From NCBI GenBank assembly GCA_963977445.1, contig CAXBPH010000011.1, positions 1-47,863 of the forward strand: a stretch of 47,863 nucleotides of DNA. The letters run 5' to 3'. Below the pieces are notes generated by a model. It was not told the DNA's origin. It saw only the letters and a list, made by a program, of their open reading frames with translations, and did not search any database. Shown here in pieces: positions 37,367 through 47,862 of this stretch (position 1 is its first letter; each line of letters begins with the position of its first letter). Origin of the DNA: an uncultured bacterium (GTDB lineage Bacteria > Hydrogenedentota > Hydrogenedentia > Hydrogenedentales > JAEUWI01). A program made the position numbers and the translations under genes.

Positions 37367-38340
37367 TCAAGAAAATCCTGGACAAACGGGAGGTGGTGCT
37401 CTTCATCGTCCTCTGTATTCTCTTCACGGGCTTCTCCATGAACACCGAGTACTTTCTCGATTTGGATTCCCTGCTGAGTTACAGCCGCTATTGGGTGGCA
37501 CCGGGCATGCTCGCCATTCCCATGACCTTTATCATCGCTACCGCGGGTATCGACCTTTCGGTCGGCTCTATTGTGGCCATGTGTGGCATCATCCTGGGCG
37601 TGCTCTACCGCGATTACCAATGGCCTATTGCCGGGGCCTGTGCCGCCGCCGTTCTTTCCGGGACTGCCGCCGGCGCGGTGAACGGGAGTGTCAGTAGCCT
37701 GTTGCGCATTCCACCCCTGGTGGTGACCCTGGCGACCATGACCCTCTTTCGGGGCGTGGCCTTCGGAATCAGCAAGGCCGACGCCATCAGTAATTTTCCA
37801 CCGGCCTTTAAGTACCTGGGCCACGGCGACCTCTTTTCCTTCAATCTCAATGGCAACCCTGTCTTTGTCCCGTCTGCCCTGGGGGCCTTACTGGTGACGG
37901 TCGTGATCGGGGCCTTTATCCTGCGGAAGACCTGGATTGGGCGCTATACCCTGGCCCTCGGTGAAAACCCCGTGGCGGCCCTCTATGCCGCGATTCCCGT
38001 CCACTGGTTGACCTTTGGCATCTATACCGCCTGCGGTTTTGTCGGTGGTGTGGCCTCCCTGTTTTACACGTCTGTCTATGGCACCGCCCGGGCCGACGCG
38101 GCCATGGGCCTGGAGCTGGAAGCCATTGCCGCTGTCGTCATCGGGGGCACCCGCATCAGCGGCGGCCAGGCTTCTGTGCTGGGCACCTTGCTTGGACTCC
38201 TCATCATCGGTATTCTTAAGTATGGCTTGGACCTGAGTGGGGTCCGTTCACAATACGTGGTCATCATCGTTGGGGTGCTACTCATTGTCACCGCTGTGTT
38301 CAACGAATGGATGGCCCGACGCGCTGGAGAGAGCAAATGA
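37363..38340 (+). CDS. Sugar ABC transporter permease (RhaQ/LsrD-like)
   Basis: GIDLSVGS, IPPLVVTLAT, LELEAIAAVVIGGT; ATG 37363 overlaps the upstream stop. Confidence 0.92.
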   Translation: MIKKILDKREVVLFIVLCILFTGFSMNTEYFLDLDSLLSYSRYWVAPGMLAIPMTFIIATAGIDLSVGSIVAMCGIILGVLYRDYQWPIAGACAAAVLSGTAAGAVNGSVSSLLRIPPLVVTLATMTLFRGVAFGISKADAISNFPPAFKYLGHGDLFSFNLNGNPVFVPSALGALLVTVVIGAFILRKTWIGRYTLALGENPVAALYAAIPVHWLTFGIYTACGFVGGVASLFYTSVYGTARADAAMGLELEAIAAVVIGGTRISGGQASVLGTLLGLLIIGILKYGLDLSGVRSQYVVIIVGVLLIVTAVFNEWMARRAGESK

Positions 38341-39389
38341 TGAAGAAATTATTTCCATGGAGTATTGCCGGCCTCGGCCTGGCGATGGTTTTGGCCGGGT
38401 GCAGTGGCGGTGGTAATGGTGCCGCCCCTGACGATGGCGCTAGCCCTGCAGGCGACGCGGGATCGGCCGAAGGCAAAGAAATCAAGATTGGTGTCATGCC
38501 CAAGCTGGTGGGCATCGACTATTTTAATGCCGCCGAAAAAGGCGCGAAAGCAGCGGGCGAAGCCCTCGGCGTAACGGTGGACTATGATGGTCCCGTGGAA
38601 GCCGACGTGACCAAGCAGGTGCAGTTGATTGAAACCTGGATCACACGGAAATACGATGCCATCTGTGTGGCACCCAACGACCCCGATGCCATCAGCGACG
38701 TGTTGAACAAAGCCCGGAAGCGGGGCATCAAGATTATCACCTGGGACACGGATTCCCAGCCGGACGCCCGGGATTTCTTCGTGAACCAGGCAACGTCCGA
38801 AGGTATCGCCCACAGCATGATGGATATCATGGCGGAAGGGGCCGGTCCCGAGGCGAAGTTCATCAATATCACCGGAACGCTCACGGCGGCCAACCAGAAT
38901 ACCTGGATGGACCTGATGGAGACCTACCGTGCCGAGACTTATCCGGGCATGGTAAATCTTTCGGAAACACCCAAGGAATCGGGCGAAGATCAGGCCCGGG
39001 CCACCCAGGTGGCGGCGGACAGCCTGAAAACCTACCCCGATTTGCAGGGCATATTCGCCCTGACCTCCGTGGCTCTGCCCGGTGCTGCCGAAGCCTTGCG
39101 TAAGGCCGGTGCGGCAGACAAGGTCGTGCTGACCGGTCTGGCGACGCCCAAGTCCATGAAGGAATACGTGCTCGATGGCACGGTGGATAAATTTGTACTG
39201 TGGAATGTGCCGGACCTTGGCTACCTGACGGTCCACGCGGCGGTTGCTGCCGTTAAAGGCGAGCTTACCGAAGGCGCAACGACCTTCAACACAGGGCGTA
39301 TCACCACCTCCCGTATCGAAGGTTCGGAAATTATCCTGGGCGACCCGCTGGTCTTCACGAAGGACAATATCGAAGAATTCGACTACTGA
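38337..39389 (+). CDS. Sugar ABC substrate-binding lipoprotein (RhaS/LsrB-like, rhamnose/AI-2 group)
   Basis: LAGC lipobox; PKLVGIDYF, ITWDTDS, RDFFVNQ, AANQNTW, LWNVPDLGYL. Confidence 0.88.
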   Translation: MMKKLFPWSIAGLGLAMVLAGCSGGGNGAAPDDGASPAGDAGSAEGKEIKIGVMPKLVGIDYFNAAEKGAKAAGEALGVTVDYDGPVEADVTKQVQLIETWITRKYDAICVAPNDPDAISDVLNKARKRGIKIITWDTDSQPDARDFFVNQATSEGIAHSMMDIMAEGAGPEAKFINITGTLTAANQNTWMDLMETYRAETYPGMVNLSETPKESGEDQARATQVAADSLKTYPDLQGIFALTSVALPGAAEALRKAGAADKVVLTGLATPKSMKEYVLDGTVDKFVLWNVPDLGYLTVHAAVAAVKGELTEGATTFNTGRITTSRIEGSEIILGDPLVFTKDNIEEFDY

Positions 39390-39415
39390 CAGGTAGCAAC
39401 ATCACAGGTTGATAC

Positions 39416-39446
39416 AACGCGAGGCCCGGTGGGTCTCGCGTTTTTT
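39416..39446 (+). terminator. Rho-independent terminator of the sugar ABC operon
   Basis: AACGCGAGGCCC-GGT-GGGTCTCGCGTT stem running into a T6 tract. Confidence 0.85.
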
Positions 39447-39477
39447 CGTGGTTCCCGCTATGTAGTGGGGTGCTCTC

Positions 39478-39512
39478 CACGGGCACGTCTTGCGGACTCG
39501 TCCGTACCCCCC
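39478..39512 (+). repeat. Degenerate solitary REP copy
   Basis: CACGGGCACGTCTTGCGGACTCGTCCGTACCCCCC; 30/35 identical to the REP at 31574-31608. Confidence 0.75.
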
Positions 39513-39571
39513 AACGTTGGCTGCTGTCGGGTGACGCTCACCGAGTCCCACCGAGTCGTTTCCATTTTTCA

Positions 39572-39601
39572 TAGATACACTGGATAAATATTTAGTATAC
39601 T
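39572..39601 (+). promoter_or_regulatory. Putative uvrA promoter with an SOS-box-like imperfect palindrome
   Basis: TAGATA-N18-TATACT, with CTGGATAAATATTTAG (39580-39595) in the spacer. Confidence 0.4.
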
Positions 39602-39703
39602 TGCCATGTCACGGGCCTGTTTGAGTTGCGGGCCACGCGTCCGCCGGGTATCATGGTGGGCTTGGTAATTCGCCGATCCTCCGGCCAACAGGGTAGTACA
39701 CAC

Positions 39704-42531
39704 ATGCCACCAAAAAAGCACTCGCCAACCAATGTAATCACCATCAAAGGTGCCCGGGAACACAACCTGGACAACTTGAGTCTGGAAATACCCCGGGATA
39801 AGCTCGTTGTTGTTACCGGTCTGAGTGGTTCGGGTAAGTCCAGTCTCGCCTTCGACACGCTCTACGCCGAAGGGCAGCGCCGCTACGTGGAAAGCCTTTC
39901 CGCCTACGCCCGCCAGTTCCTCGACCAGATGGACAAGCCCGATGTAGATCACATCGAGGGCCTGAGTCCGGCGATTTCCATCGAGCAGAAGACGACCCAC
40001 CGGAACCCACGATCTACCGTCGGCACGGTGACAGAAATCTACGATTACCTGCGCCTGCTCTTCGCCCGAATTGGCACGCCCCATTGTTACAAGTGCGGCA
40101 AGGTCATCCGGGCGCAAACGCCCCAGTCCATCGTGGATTCCATCCTCGCCTTTCCCGAAGGGACGCGCGTACAACTCCTCGCACCTATCATTCGTCAGCG
40201 CAAAGGCACCTATCAGAAGGTCTTTGAAGATGTGAAGCGCCAGGGCTTTGCCCGTATCCGCGTGGATGGCGAGTTTTATCATGTGGACGACGATATCGAG
40301 ATGGAGCGCTATGTTAAGCATGACATCGATGTGGTGGTGCCCGGAAGCGCATCACCGATTCGGTGGAGACCTGCCTGAAACAGGGCAAGGGTCTCATGCG
40401 CATCTGGTATGAACCCAAAGACGGTGAGGCCAAAGAAATCCTTCAGAGCGAGCATCTCGCGTGCGTTGAGTGCGGCATCGCCTCGGAGGAGCTGGAGCCC
40501 CGGGCCTTTTCCTTCAACAATCCCCACGGTGCCTGCCCCAATTGCACGGGCCTCGGTTCCGTCATGGAAGTGGACCCCGAATTGGTGATCCCCGATCCCA
40601 AGCTCAGCATCGAAGGGGGTGCGGTCCGCCCCTGGAGCATGCACAAAGCCATGGACGGCATGTATCGGCGCGCCCTCTTATCGGTTTGCGAACACTACAA
40701 AGAGAGCCCGCGCAAGGCCTGGAAGGACCTTTCCGAGTCCTTTCGCAACATTGTGCTCTATGGCTCCGGCACGGAAGAAGTCTCTTTTTCCTATTCCAAC
40801 GCAAAGCGCACCTACGAAACGAACCGCGTTTTTGAAGGGGTCATTCCCAACCTGGAACGGCGGTTCCGTGATACGGATTCCAATTGGTCGCGGGACACCA
40901 TCGCCGACTTCATGGCGAGCCGTTCTTGTCCCCAGTGCAATGGGTCCAGACTCCGTCCCGAGTCCATGGCCGTGCGGGTGGACGAACGGACCATCATGGA
41001 TGTAACGGCCATGTCTATTGGTCAGGCCGTGGACTATATGAAGGGACTGAAGCTCGAAAAATCTCAAAAGATCATTGCCGAGCGGATCCTCAAAGAAATT
41101 CGGGAGCGTCTGGGCTTTCTTTCCAGCGTAGGCCTCAATTATCTCTCCCTCGATCGCCAGGCAGGCACCTTGTCGGGCGGGGAGTCCCAGCGGATTCGGC
41201 TGGCCACCCAGATTGGTTCGGGGTTGGTGGGCGTGGTCTATATCCTCGATGAGCCCAGCATTGGACTCCACCAGCGGGACAACGCCAAACTCATTGCCAC
41301 CCTGGAGCGCCTGCGCAACCTCGGCAACACGGTCATCGTCGTCGAGCACGATGAAGACACCATACGGACGGCGGACTACGTCATCGATATGGGGCCCGGT
41401 GCCGGTGTGCACGGAGGCCGTATTGTGGCCCAGGGAACGCCCAAGCAGATTATGGCGTCGAAGGACTCCCTCACGGGCCAATATCTCACGGGCAAGCTGT
41501 CTATCCACAAGCCCGAAACGCCCCGAATCTCGAATGGTAAGGTCATTGCCATTCGGGGTGCCGAACACAATAACCTCAAGAAGGTGAACGTCGATATCCC
41601 CCTGGGACTTTTCGTGTGCGTCACCGGCGTGTCCGGTTCGGGCAAATCGAGCCTGATTAACGAAACCCTCTATCCCGCTGTTTCGCGGGCCCTCCACGGG
41701 GGCACCAAGAAAAAGCCGGGCCTCCACAAGTCCATCGAAGGCCTGGAAAATATCGACAAAATCATTGATATCGACCAGTCTGCTATTGGCCGCACGCCCC
41801 GCTCCAATCCCGCGACCTACACGGGCATGTTTTCGCCCATTCGTGATCTCTTTGCCAAGTTGCCCGAAGCCAAGGCCCGGGGCTACAAGCCCGGACGCTT
41901 CAGTTTCAACGTCAAAGGCGGTCGCTGTGAGGCCTGCGAAGGCAACGGCCTGATCACCATCGAGATGCACTTTCTTCCCGACGTCTACGTGCCCTGCGAC
42001 ACCTGCGGTGGCCAGCGCTACAACCGGGATACCCTGGAGGTGCGCTACAAGGGAAAGAACATCGCCGAAGTCCTCGACATGACCGTGGAAGATGCCTGTG
42101 GATTCTTTAAGGCCATTCCCGCCATCTATCGACCCGTCCAGACCTTGAGCGATGTGGGGCTCGGCTATATCACCCTGGGGCAGGCCGCCACGACCCTCTC
42201 GGGCGGGGAAGCCCAGCGCGTGAAACTCGCTTCCGAGCTGGCCAAGCGTCAGACCGGTCGCACCCTCTACATCCTCGACGAACCCACCACTGGCCTTCAT
42301 GCCGCCGATGTGGACAAGCTCCTGGAAGTGCTCCATCGCCTTACGGACCATGGCAATACGGTCGTCGTCATCGAACATAACCTCGATGTCATCCGCACGG
42401 CCGACTGGATTATCGACATCGGACCCGAGGGCGGCGATGGGGGCGGAAAAATCATCGCCACCGGCCCGCCGGAGAAAATTGCGAAGAAAAAAGGAAGCTA
42501 TACCGGCCAGTATCTGAAAGATAAGCTGTAG
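39704..42531 (+). pseudogene. uvrA: Excinuclease ABC subunit A, split by a deletion/frameshift near 40338 (pseudogene or assembly error)
   Basis: First frame gives [22 protein letters not shown]...KHDIDVVV. The second frame resumes [13 protein letters not shown]...[14 protein letters not shown]...[12 protein letters not shown]. The conserved DR-containing linker of about 8 aa is missing. Confidence 0.9.
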
Positions 42532-42883
42532 GGGACTCGGATCGGGTCGCGCTATCGGGTTAACACCAATATAGTATGAGCCCATCCAACGGGTCGTATG
42601 TACGTGCCCATTTTAATACGATGGCCCTACCCACAGGTCCATCGCTCTAAAAACGTCTGCTGTAGATCTCGCTTCCCCTTTTTTGAATAGGATAGACGCC
42701 GGAGTGCCACCCGATCCGGTATTCCCGGTTCGGGTGCCTTGAGCCTCGATCACGGGGTGGATTAGTGGATGACTTGTCCGTGGCTTTGTTTCATGGTGGG
42801 AGCTTCGGTGAACAGCGCTACGGTGGCCTCCATTTTTCTGATATCGACTTGGGTCAATCTACCCGAACCCGCCCTGCCACTCC

Positions 42884-42928
42884 TTGAAACGGTCCTTGGG
42901 GCGTGATATGTTATTACATGTGATAACA
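42884..42928 (+). promoter_or_regulatory. Promoter and palindromic operator of the sialidase operon
   Basis: TTGAAA-N17-TATGTT with an extended TG, overlapped by the 20-bp near-perfect palindrome TGTTATTACATGTGATAACA (42909-42928). Confidence 0.7.
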
Positions 42929-42963
42929 CACTGACCAAGGAACATACCGCAAGGAGTTTCATC

Positions 42964-44088
42964 ATGCTTCGCCGCATCGCCGCCACGCTTTTCCTCCTCC
43001 CTTTTACACTCAACGCGCTGGCCGCCCCGGACAGGGTCGATGTCTTTGTCAGTGGGGAAGGGGGATACCACACCTACCGTATTCCCGCGGTGGAAACCAC
43101 GACACTCGGCACCGTCTTGGCCTTTGCGGAAGGCCGCAAGACGCGTTCCGATCATGCGGGCAATGATATCGTGCTACGGCGCAGTGAAGACGGCGGAATG
43201 ACGTGGGGCCCCGTGCTACTCGTTGCCACAGCCGACGACGATGCGCTGAATAATCCCTGCGTGGTCACCGTGCGCCCTTCTGGTCGCGTCCTCCTTATAT
43301 TTCAGCACTATCCCGCAGGTACGGGGGAGAAGCACGTGGTGCCCGGCGTGAGCGGAGCGCCCATCTGCCGCAACTATCTGGTTTACAGTGACGATGATGG
43401 TAACACGTGGTCCGACTGGCGCGATATCACTGCAGAGACAAAACGACCAGAGTACGTTACGTCCATTGCGAGTGGACCGGGCAACGGCATCCAGCTCAAA
43501 CGAGGGCCACACGCCGGGCGGATAGTCTTCCCCATGAATCAAGGTCCCTACGAGGACTGGCGGGGCTATGCTATCTACAGCGACGACCAGGGCGAAACCT
43601 GGCACTATGGGGACGTGGCGCCAAACGGGGACACCGGCATGGGCAACGAAGTGCTCATGGCCGAAATGAATGATGGTTCGGTACGCCTCAATTCACGAAG
43701 TCACGGAACCGCCAAACTACGCAAGACGGCCGTCAGCCGTGATGGGGGAGAAGTCTGGTCCGCCCTGGAAGACGTTCCCAGTTTGATTGAGCCGCGATGC
43801 AACGGTGGCTTTATCCGTGTGGACGGACCCGACGGGCCTGTTATGATTTATTCGGGGCCAAATTCTAATAAAGCCCGGGAAAAGGGTACCCTTCATCTCA
43901 GTAAAGACGACGGAGCAACCTGGACCGTGTCCCGTCAACTCGTACCGGGGCTGTTTGCCTATTCCGCCCTGACGGTTCTCAACAAAACGACCGTGGGCTG
44001 TCTTTTCGAGACGGGGGAGAACGACCCCTACGAACGCATACAATTTGCCCCTATCAAGCTGAGCTGGTTTAGCGAAAAAACGAACTAA
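42964..44088 (+). CDS. Exo-alpha-sialidase (GH33 family), secreted
   Basis: Signal peptide, YRIP motif, five Asp boxes (SEDGGMTW, SDDDGNTW, SDDQGETW, SRDGGEVW, SKDDGATW), C-terminal AYS tyrosine. Confidence 0.92.
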   Translation: MLRRIAATLFLLPFTLNALAAPDRVDVFVSGEGGYHTYRIPAVETTTLGTVLAFAEGRKTRSDHAGNDIVLRRSEDGGMTWGPVLLVATADDDALNNPCVVTVRPSGRVLLIFQHYPAGTGEKHVVPGVSGAPICRNYLVYSDDDGNTWSDWRDITAETKRPEYVTSIASGPGNGIQLKRGPHAGRIVFPMNQGPYEDWRGYAIYSDDQGETWHYGDVAPNGDTGMGNEVLMAEMNDGSVRLNSRSHGTAKLRKTAVSRDGGEVWSALEDVPSLIEPRCNGGFIRVDGPDGPVMIYSGPNSNKAREKGTLHLSKDDGATWTVSRQLVPGLFAYSALTVLNKTTVGCLFETGENDPYERIQFAPIKLSWFSEKTN

Positions 44089-44100
44089 GGAGTCACCCCC

Positions 44101-45324
44101 ATGGGTTCCGCCCACCCCTTGCCCGCAGCACGTCTGGAAGCACTGGCCACCACCTATCGGCAGGGCCTGCTGGACGATGTCGTACCCTTCTGGCTCCGCC
44201 ACGGCCTGGACTCTGAACACGGCGGCATCATCACCGGCCTTAACGACGATGGGTCCATTATCGATACCGACAAGGGCGTCTGGCAGCAGGGCCGCTTTGC
44301 ATGGCTCATGGCAACCCTCCACCACACCCACGGGCCCAGCGATGCCTGGTACGAAGCGGCGGCGTCGACCATCGGCTTTCTGCGCAAACATGCCTGGTCC
44401 GAAGACGGCCAACTCTATTTTCACTTGACCCGCGAGGGCAAGCCCATCCGTAAGCGGCGCTATGTATTCAGCGAATCCTTCGCCGCCATCGCCCTGGCCG
44501 CCTGGGCACGGGTGGCAGACGACGACGAAGCCTCCACGGAGTCCGTGAAACTGCTGGAGCGCTACATCGACTACAACGAGACCCCGGGCCGTATCGCACC
44601 CAAGACCGTACCCGAAACCCGCCCCGCCCAGGGGATTGGTCCCCAGATGATATTGATGAACACCTGCCAGGTGTTGCGGGATACCATCGCCTACCCCCAG
44701 GCCAATCACTATATCGGTCAAGCGATAGACCGCATCCAGACCTTTTTCGTGAAACCCGAGCTTGGTGTGGTCATGGAAACGGTGGGCCCCCAGGGCGAAA
44801 TCATCGACCACTTCGATGGGCGCTTGCTGAATCCCGGACACGCCATCGAAGCGGCCTGGTTCATCCTCCATGAGGCCCAACACCGGAACAACGACCCCGA
44901 GCTCATCCGCCTGGGCTGTCAGATGCTCGACTGGATGTGGGCGCGGGGCTGGGACGAAGAATATGGTGGCATGCTCTACTTCCGCGACCTGAAAGGACTT
45001 CCCATTCAGGAATACTGGCACGACATGAAATTCTGGTGGCCACAGAACGAGACCATCATCGCGACCTTACTCGCCTATGCCCTCACCGGCGACGAAAAAT
45101 ATGCCCAGTGGCACACCCTGGCACACGATTGGGCCTACACGCATTTTTCCGATAACGTCCACGGCGAGTGGTACGGCTACCTCCATCGCGACGGCCGCGT
45201 CTCCGTGCCGTTGAAAGGAAACCTCTGGAAGGGCCCCTTTCACCTGCCTCGTATGCAGTGGTATTGCGGCCAATTGTGTGATCAGCTCCGTACCGGTGAT
45301 GCGCTGAAGCCCATTCGCTTTTAG
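44101..45324 (+). CDS. N-acylglucosamine 2-epimerase (AGE family)
   Basis: DKGVWQQGR, NPGHAIEAAWF, KFWWPQNE, GEWYGYL, KGPFHLPR. Confidence 0.92.
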   Translation: MGSAHPLPAARLEALATTYRQGLLDDVVPFWLRHGLDSEHGGIITGLNDDGSIIDTDKGVWQQGRFAWLMATLHHTHGPSDAWYEAAASTIGFLRKHAWSEDGQLYFHLTREGKPIRKRRYVFSESFAAIALAAWARVADDDEASTESVKLLERYIDYNETPGRIAPKTVPETRPAQGIGPQMILMNTCQVLRDTIAYPQANHYIGQAIDRIQTFFVKPELGVVMETVGPQGEIIDHFDGRLLNPGHAIEAAWFILHEAQHRNNDPELIRLGCQMLDWMWARGWDEEYGGMLYFRDLKGLPIQEYWHDMKFWWPQNETIIATLLAYALTGDEKYAQWHTLAHDWAYTHFSDNVHGEWYGYLHRDGRVSVPLKGNLWKGPFHLPRMQWYCGQLCDQLRTGDALKPIRF

Positions 45325-45346
45325 CCCACGGCAAGGCGCAGTCTAG

Positions 45347-47575
45347 TCACAGGCCAGAAGGCGTTCCCTGTTCTTGGGATTGGCGCTGGATTGAGGGAGC
45401 CGCAGGGACTTCGATCACGACGTGTTCCCCGGATTGGGCCGATACGGTCCAATCGCCGCCCGGCACAAAGGTACCCGGACGAAGTTCGAATGCCTCCCCT
45501 TCCAGACTGGTGATCCGGAAGTTACCTTCGCGATCGGTAAAGGCACCACTGACTTCCTCGTCATTGGCATCCCACGCTTCGATCTTCGCATTTGGAAGGG
45601 GTTCGCCTTCTGCGCTGAGGAGCGTACCCGTAATCACGCCGCCCTCCGAGACCACCAGATGGAGGTCGGTCACCCGCTCTCCCGCTGCAAGGGATAAGGA
45701 CAGGGCCAGTTTTTTGCCCGCGTTGTACCCCGTGCCATTATCGAAGGCCATCCATATTTCATAGTCGCCGGCGGCCAGATCCTGAAAGAGGAAATGTCCA
45801 TCCGCATCACTTCGACCGAGGCGGCGGTTAAATTCATTTGAAAGTTCGGGCGTGCTTAAGCGGAGCGAAGCGACTGCCGGCTTGCCCCGTTCGTCTACCA
45901 CTTGGCCGGCAATCGCACCCGATGGCTGGGGAAGTAATTTCAGTCGAACGTCGGAAACGCTATCGGTCACCCCCGAAAGGGTGATTGCTTCGCTCCGCTC
46001 TCCGCGAAACTTTGCCTCAAGGATAACCGTGCCGAGGGCAGTATCTCCGCCGATAGACGAAATTCTCCGAACGGCCACGTTTGCAAAACAAAAGGCCCCG
46101 GAGGAGTCCGACGTAGTATGCTCGTACTCGCCGATGATCCCATGGCGTGGATCGGAAATGCCTAAACTGATGGTTGCGCCCGCCACCGGTTGATCATGCT
46201 CATCCACGACAATGCCACACACCATAAGGCCACTCGGGACTGCAAAATCCAGATCTTCCAGCGTTTCACCAGGACTAAGGGTAACAAGTTGTTCACTGTC
46301 ATAGAGTCCCCGGCTGTACGGGGACGGTACCTGTCCAAGCCTGATGCTCATGGTGCCCGAAGGCAGACCGTCGAGGTGGTAGTATCCTTCGCTATCCGTG
46401 GGTTCGGCGCGCCAGATCCGACGATGGTCATCGGGTATGGATGCGACGATGACGACGCCAGAAAGTGCTGCGTCCGTCGACGGATCAAAAACCACCCCCG
46501 ACACGCTCGCGCCATCGATCACCAGAAACTCCAAATGCTCGATTCCACCAGGTCCCAGCGTGACGGTGCTCTGGGGAGGATCAAAGGTATATCGGGGGTC
46601 ATCGCTGGTTACCAGCGTTACGCCCACCGGCAGATTCTCTGCAATGAATTTTCCCTGCACATCACTGGATACGGTAAAGTCCAAACTCTTATAGTCGTCG
46701 GCGATAATCTTGACGGTCACACCGTCAACCGGAGATCGATCAGACTCGCGTAAAAGTACCCCGGCAATGGCGGCACCCTTGCCCATTATCAGGGTTACCG
46801 GCGCCTCGTTGATGGCCAATTGTCCCGATTTGACCGTCGCAAAACCGGAAGCAATCGCCTGTAATCGATATTGGCCCACAGGCAAGTCAGGAAACGAGAA
46901 ATTTCCCTCTTCATCGGTCGCGACAGCGTGTAGGGGAGAATCGTTCGCCATCTGGTCCAAGATGGTCACTTCTGCGTTTTGAATCGGTGTGCGGTGACTA
47001 TCTATAACCTGGCCCGAGATGGTGCCTGCCGGTTTGAGTATGACGTTAACCTGAGAAGCATCCGGCCACCGGCCTCCAAGCGCTGTGCTTGCCCAACCCA
47101 CCTCGCCATTTTGCGATGCCTCGACGATGTAGTAGGCCGCAGGTAGCTGGTCAAAGAACGTCTCGCCGTAAGCATCGGTAGTCTTCTCCTCCGAAAAGCT
47201 CGCTACACCCGCCGCGTTTCCACGACCTGGCTCCAGGGAAACGACCGCGCTACCCACCGCTTCGCCAATACGATTCGTGACCGTCACTTCAATTCGACCA
47301 ACGCCTGTTGGACGCGGGACTACCGGGGCAGTGGGAGGCACGGGCGCTACAACTTTGATTGCCTCGGTTTCCGGGGAAGATGTGGAAGGGACGGACGCCG
47401 ACGTAGACTCGCTGTCATCGGCTATTGGCGTAGCAGGCCGAAAGACGTCACTCCGTCCAAAGCTCCAGAAGAGTAAGGCAACGAGACAAATAATCGCCAA
47501 GATTCCCCAGAGCCATCGTGCCGGACGGGCACGATAACTGGAGGAAGTTTTACCACGTCGGCGAGGGGCTGTCAT
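45347..47575 (-). CDS. Membrane-anchored protein with multiple carboxypeptidase-regulatory-like (prealbumin-fold) repeats
   Basis: N-terminal TM segment, then repeated G.I.G.V.D...P...A.V....TD..G.F...L..G.Y units. Confidence 0.82.
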   Translation of the reverse strand: MTAPRRRGKTSSSYRARPARWLWGILAIICLVALLFWSFGRSDVFRPATPIADDSESTSASVPSTSSPETEAIKVVAPVPPTAPVVPRPTGVGRIEVTVTNRIGEAVGSAVVSLEPGRGNAAGVASFSEEKTTDAYGETFFDQLPAAYYIVEASQNGEVGWASTALGGRWPDASQVNVILKPAGTISGQVIDSHRTPIQNAEVTILDQMANDSPLHAVATDEEGNFSFPDLPVGQYRLQAIASGFATVKSGQLAINEAPVTLIMGKGAAIAGVLLRESDRSPVDGVTVKIIADDYKSLDFTVSSDVQGKFIAENLPVGVTLVTSDDPRYTFDPPQSTVTLGPGGIEHLEFLVIDGASVSGVVFDPSTDAALSGVVIVASIPDDHRRIWRAEPTDSEGYYHLDGLPSGTMSIRLGQVPSPYSRGLYDSEQLVTLSPGETLEDLDFAVPSGLMVCGIVVDEHDQPVAGATISLGISDPRHGIIGEYEHTTSDSSGAFCFANVAVRRISSIGGDTALGTVILEAKFRGERSEAITLSGVTDSVSDVRLKLLPQPSGAIAGQVVDERGKPAVASLRLSTPELSNEFNRRLGRSDADGHFLFQDLAAGDYEIWMAFDNGTGYNAGKKLALSLSLAAGERVTDLHLVVSEGGVITGTLLSAEGEPLPNAKIEAWDANDEEVSGAFTDREGNFRITSLEGEAFELRPGTFVPGGDWTVSAQSGEHVVIEVPAAPSIQRQSQEQGTPSGL

Positions 47576-47793
47576 AGCAATTCTCCGATAAAATCCTGGT
47601 AACTTCCAATACGAACGTGATTTCTATCGAAATCTACGTTGATGACAATGGGAATTTTCATAGTGCCCACTTCTAGGAGGTAGTGGTTGTTCGAATACTG
47701 GAGAGAAAAGATGACCCCAACTTTGGGGGACAACGCCTTGAAACAAATAAATCATAGTTAATCCACCGGCTCTGCCGGTCAGAATTCATCAGG

Positions 47794-47862
47794 CTACGCT
47801 GCTTCGTCGAGTTCTCCTACGGTTAGCTCAAGCAGCGTAATTTTTGCCGTGGTGCAGAATAG
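47794..47862 (-). CDS. Possible 3' end of a gene entering from the right edge
   Basis: Open minus frame ...LFCTTAKITLLELTVGELDEAA* ending at TAG 47796-47794; too short to identify. Confidence 0.25.
   Translation of the reverse strand, partial: LFCTTAKITLLELTVGELDEAA

Noticed and set aside
40325..40380. Programmed frameshift in uvrA
   Set aside because: No slippery sequence, and conserved residues are physically missing, which points to a deletion
40678..42585. 635-aa minus-strand ORF, and similar long antisense ORFs such as 43717-45021 and 35399-36436
   Set aside because: Antisense shadows of well-supported genes, expected from GC-rich codon bias; no motifs
47711..47761. ATG-initiated plus-strand ORF near the right edge
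   Set aside because: Stops after 16 codons; no supporting evidence
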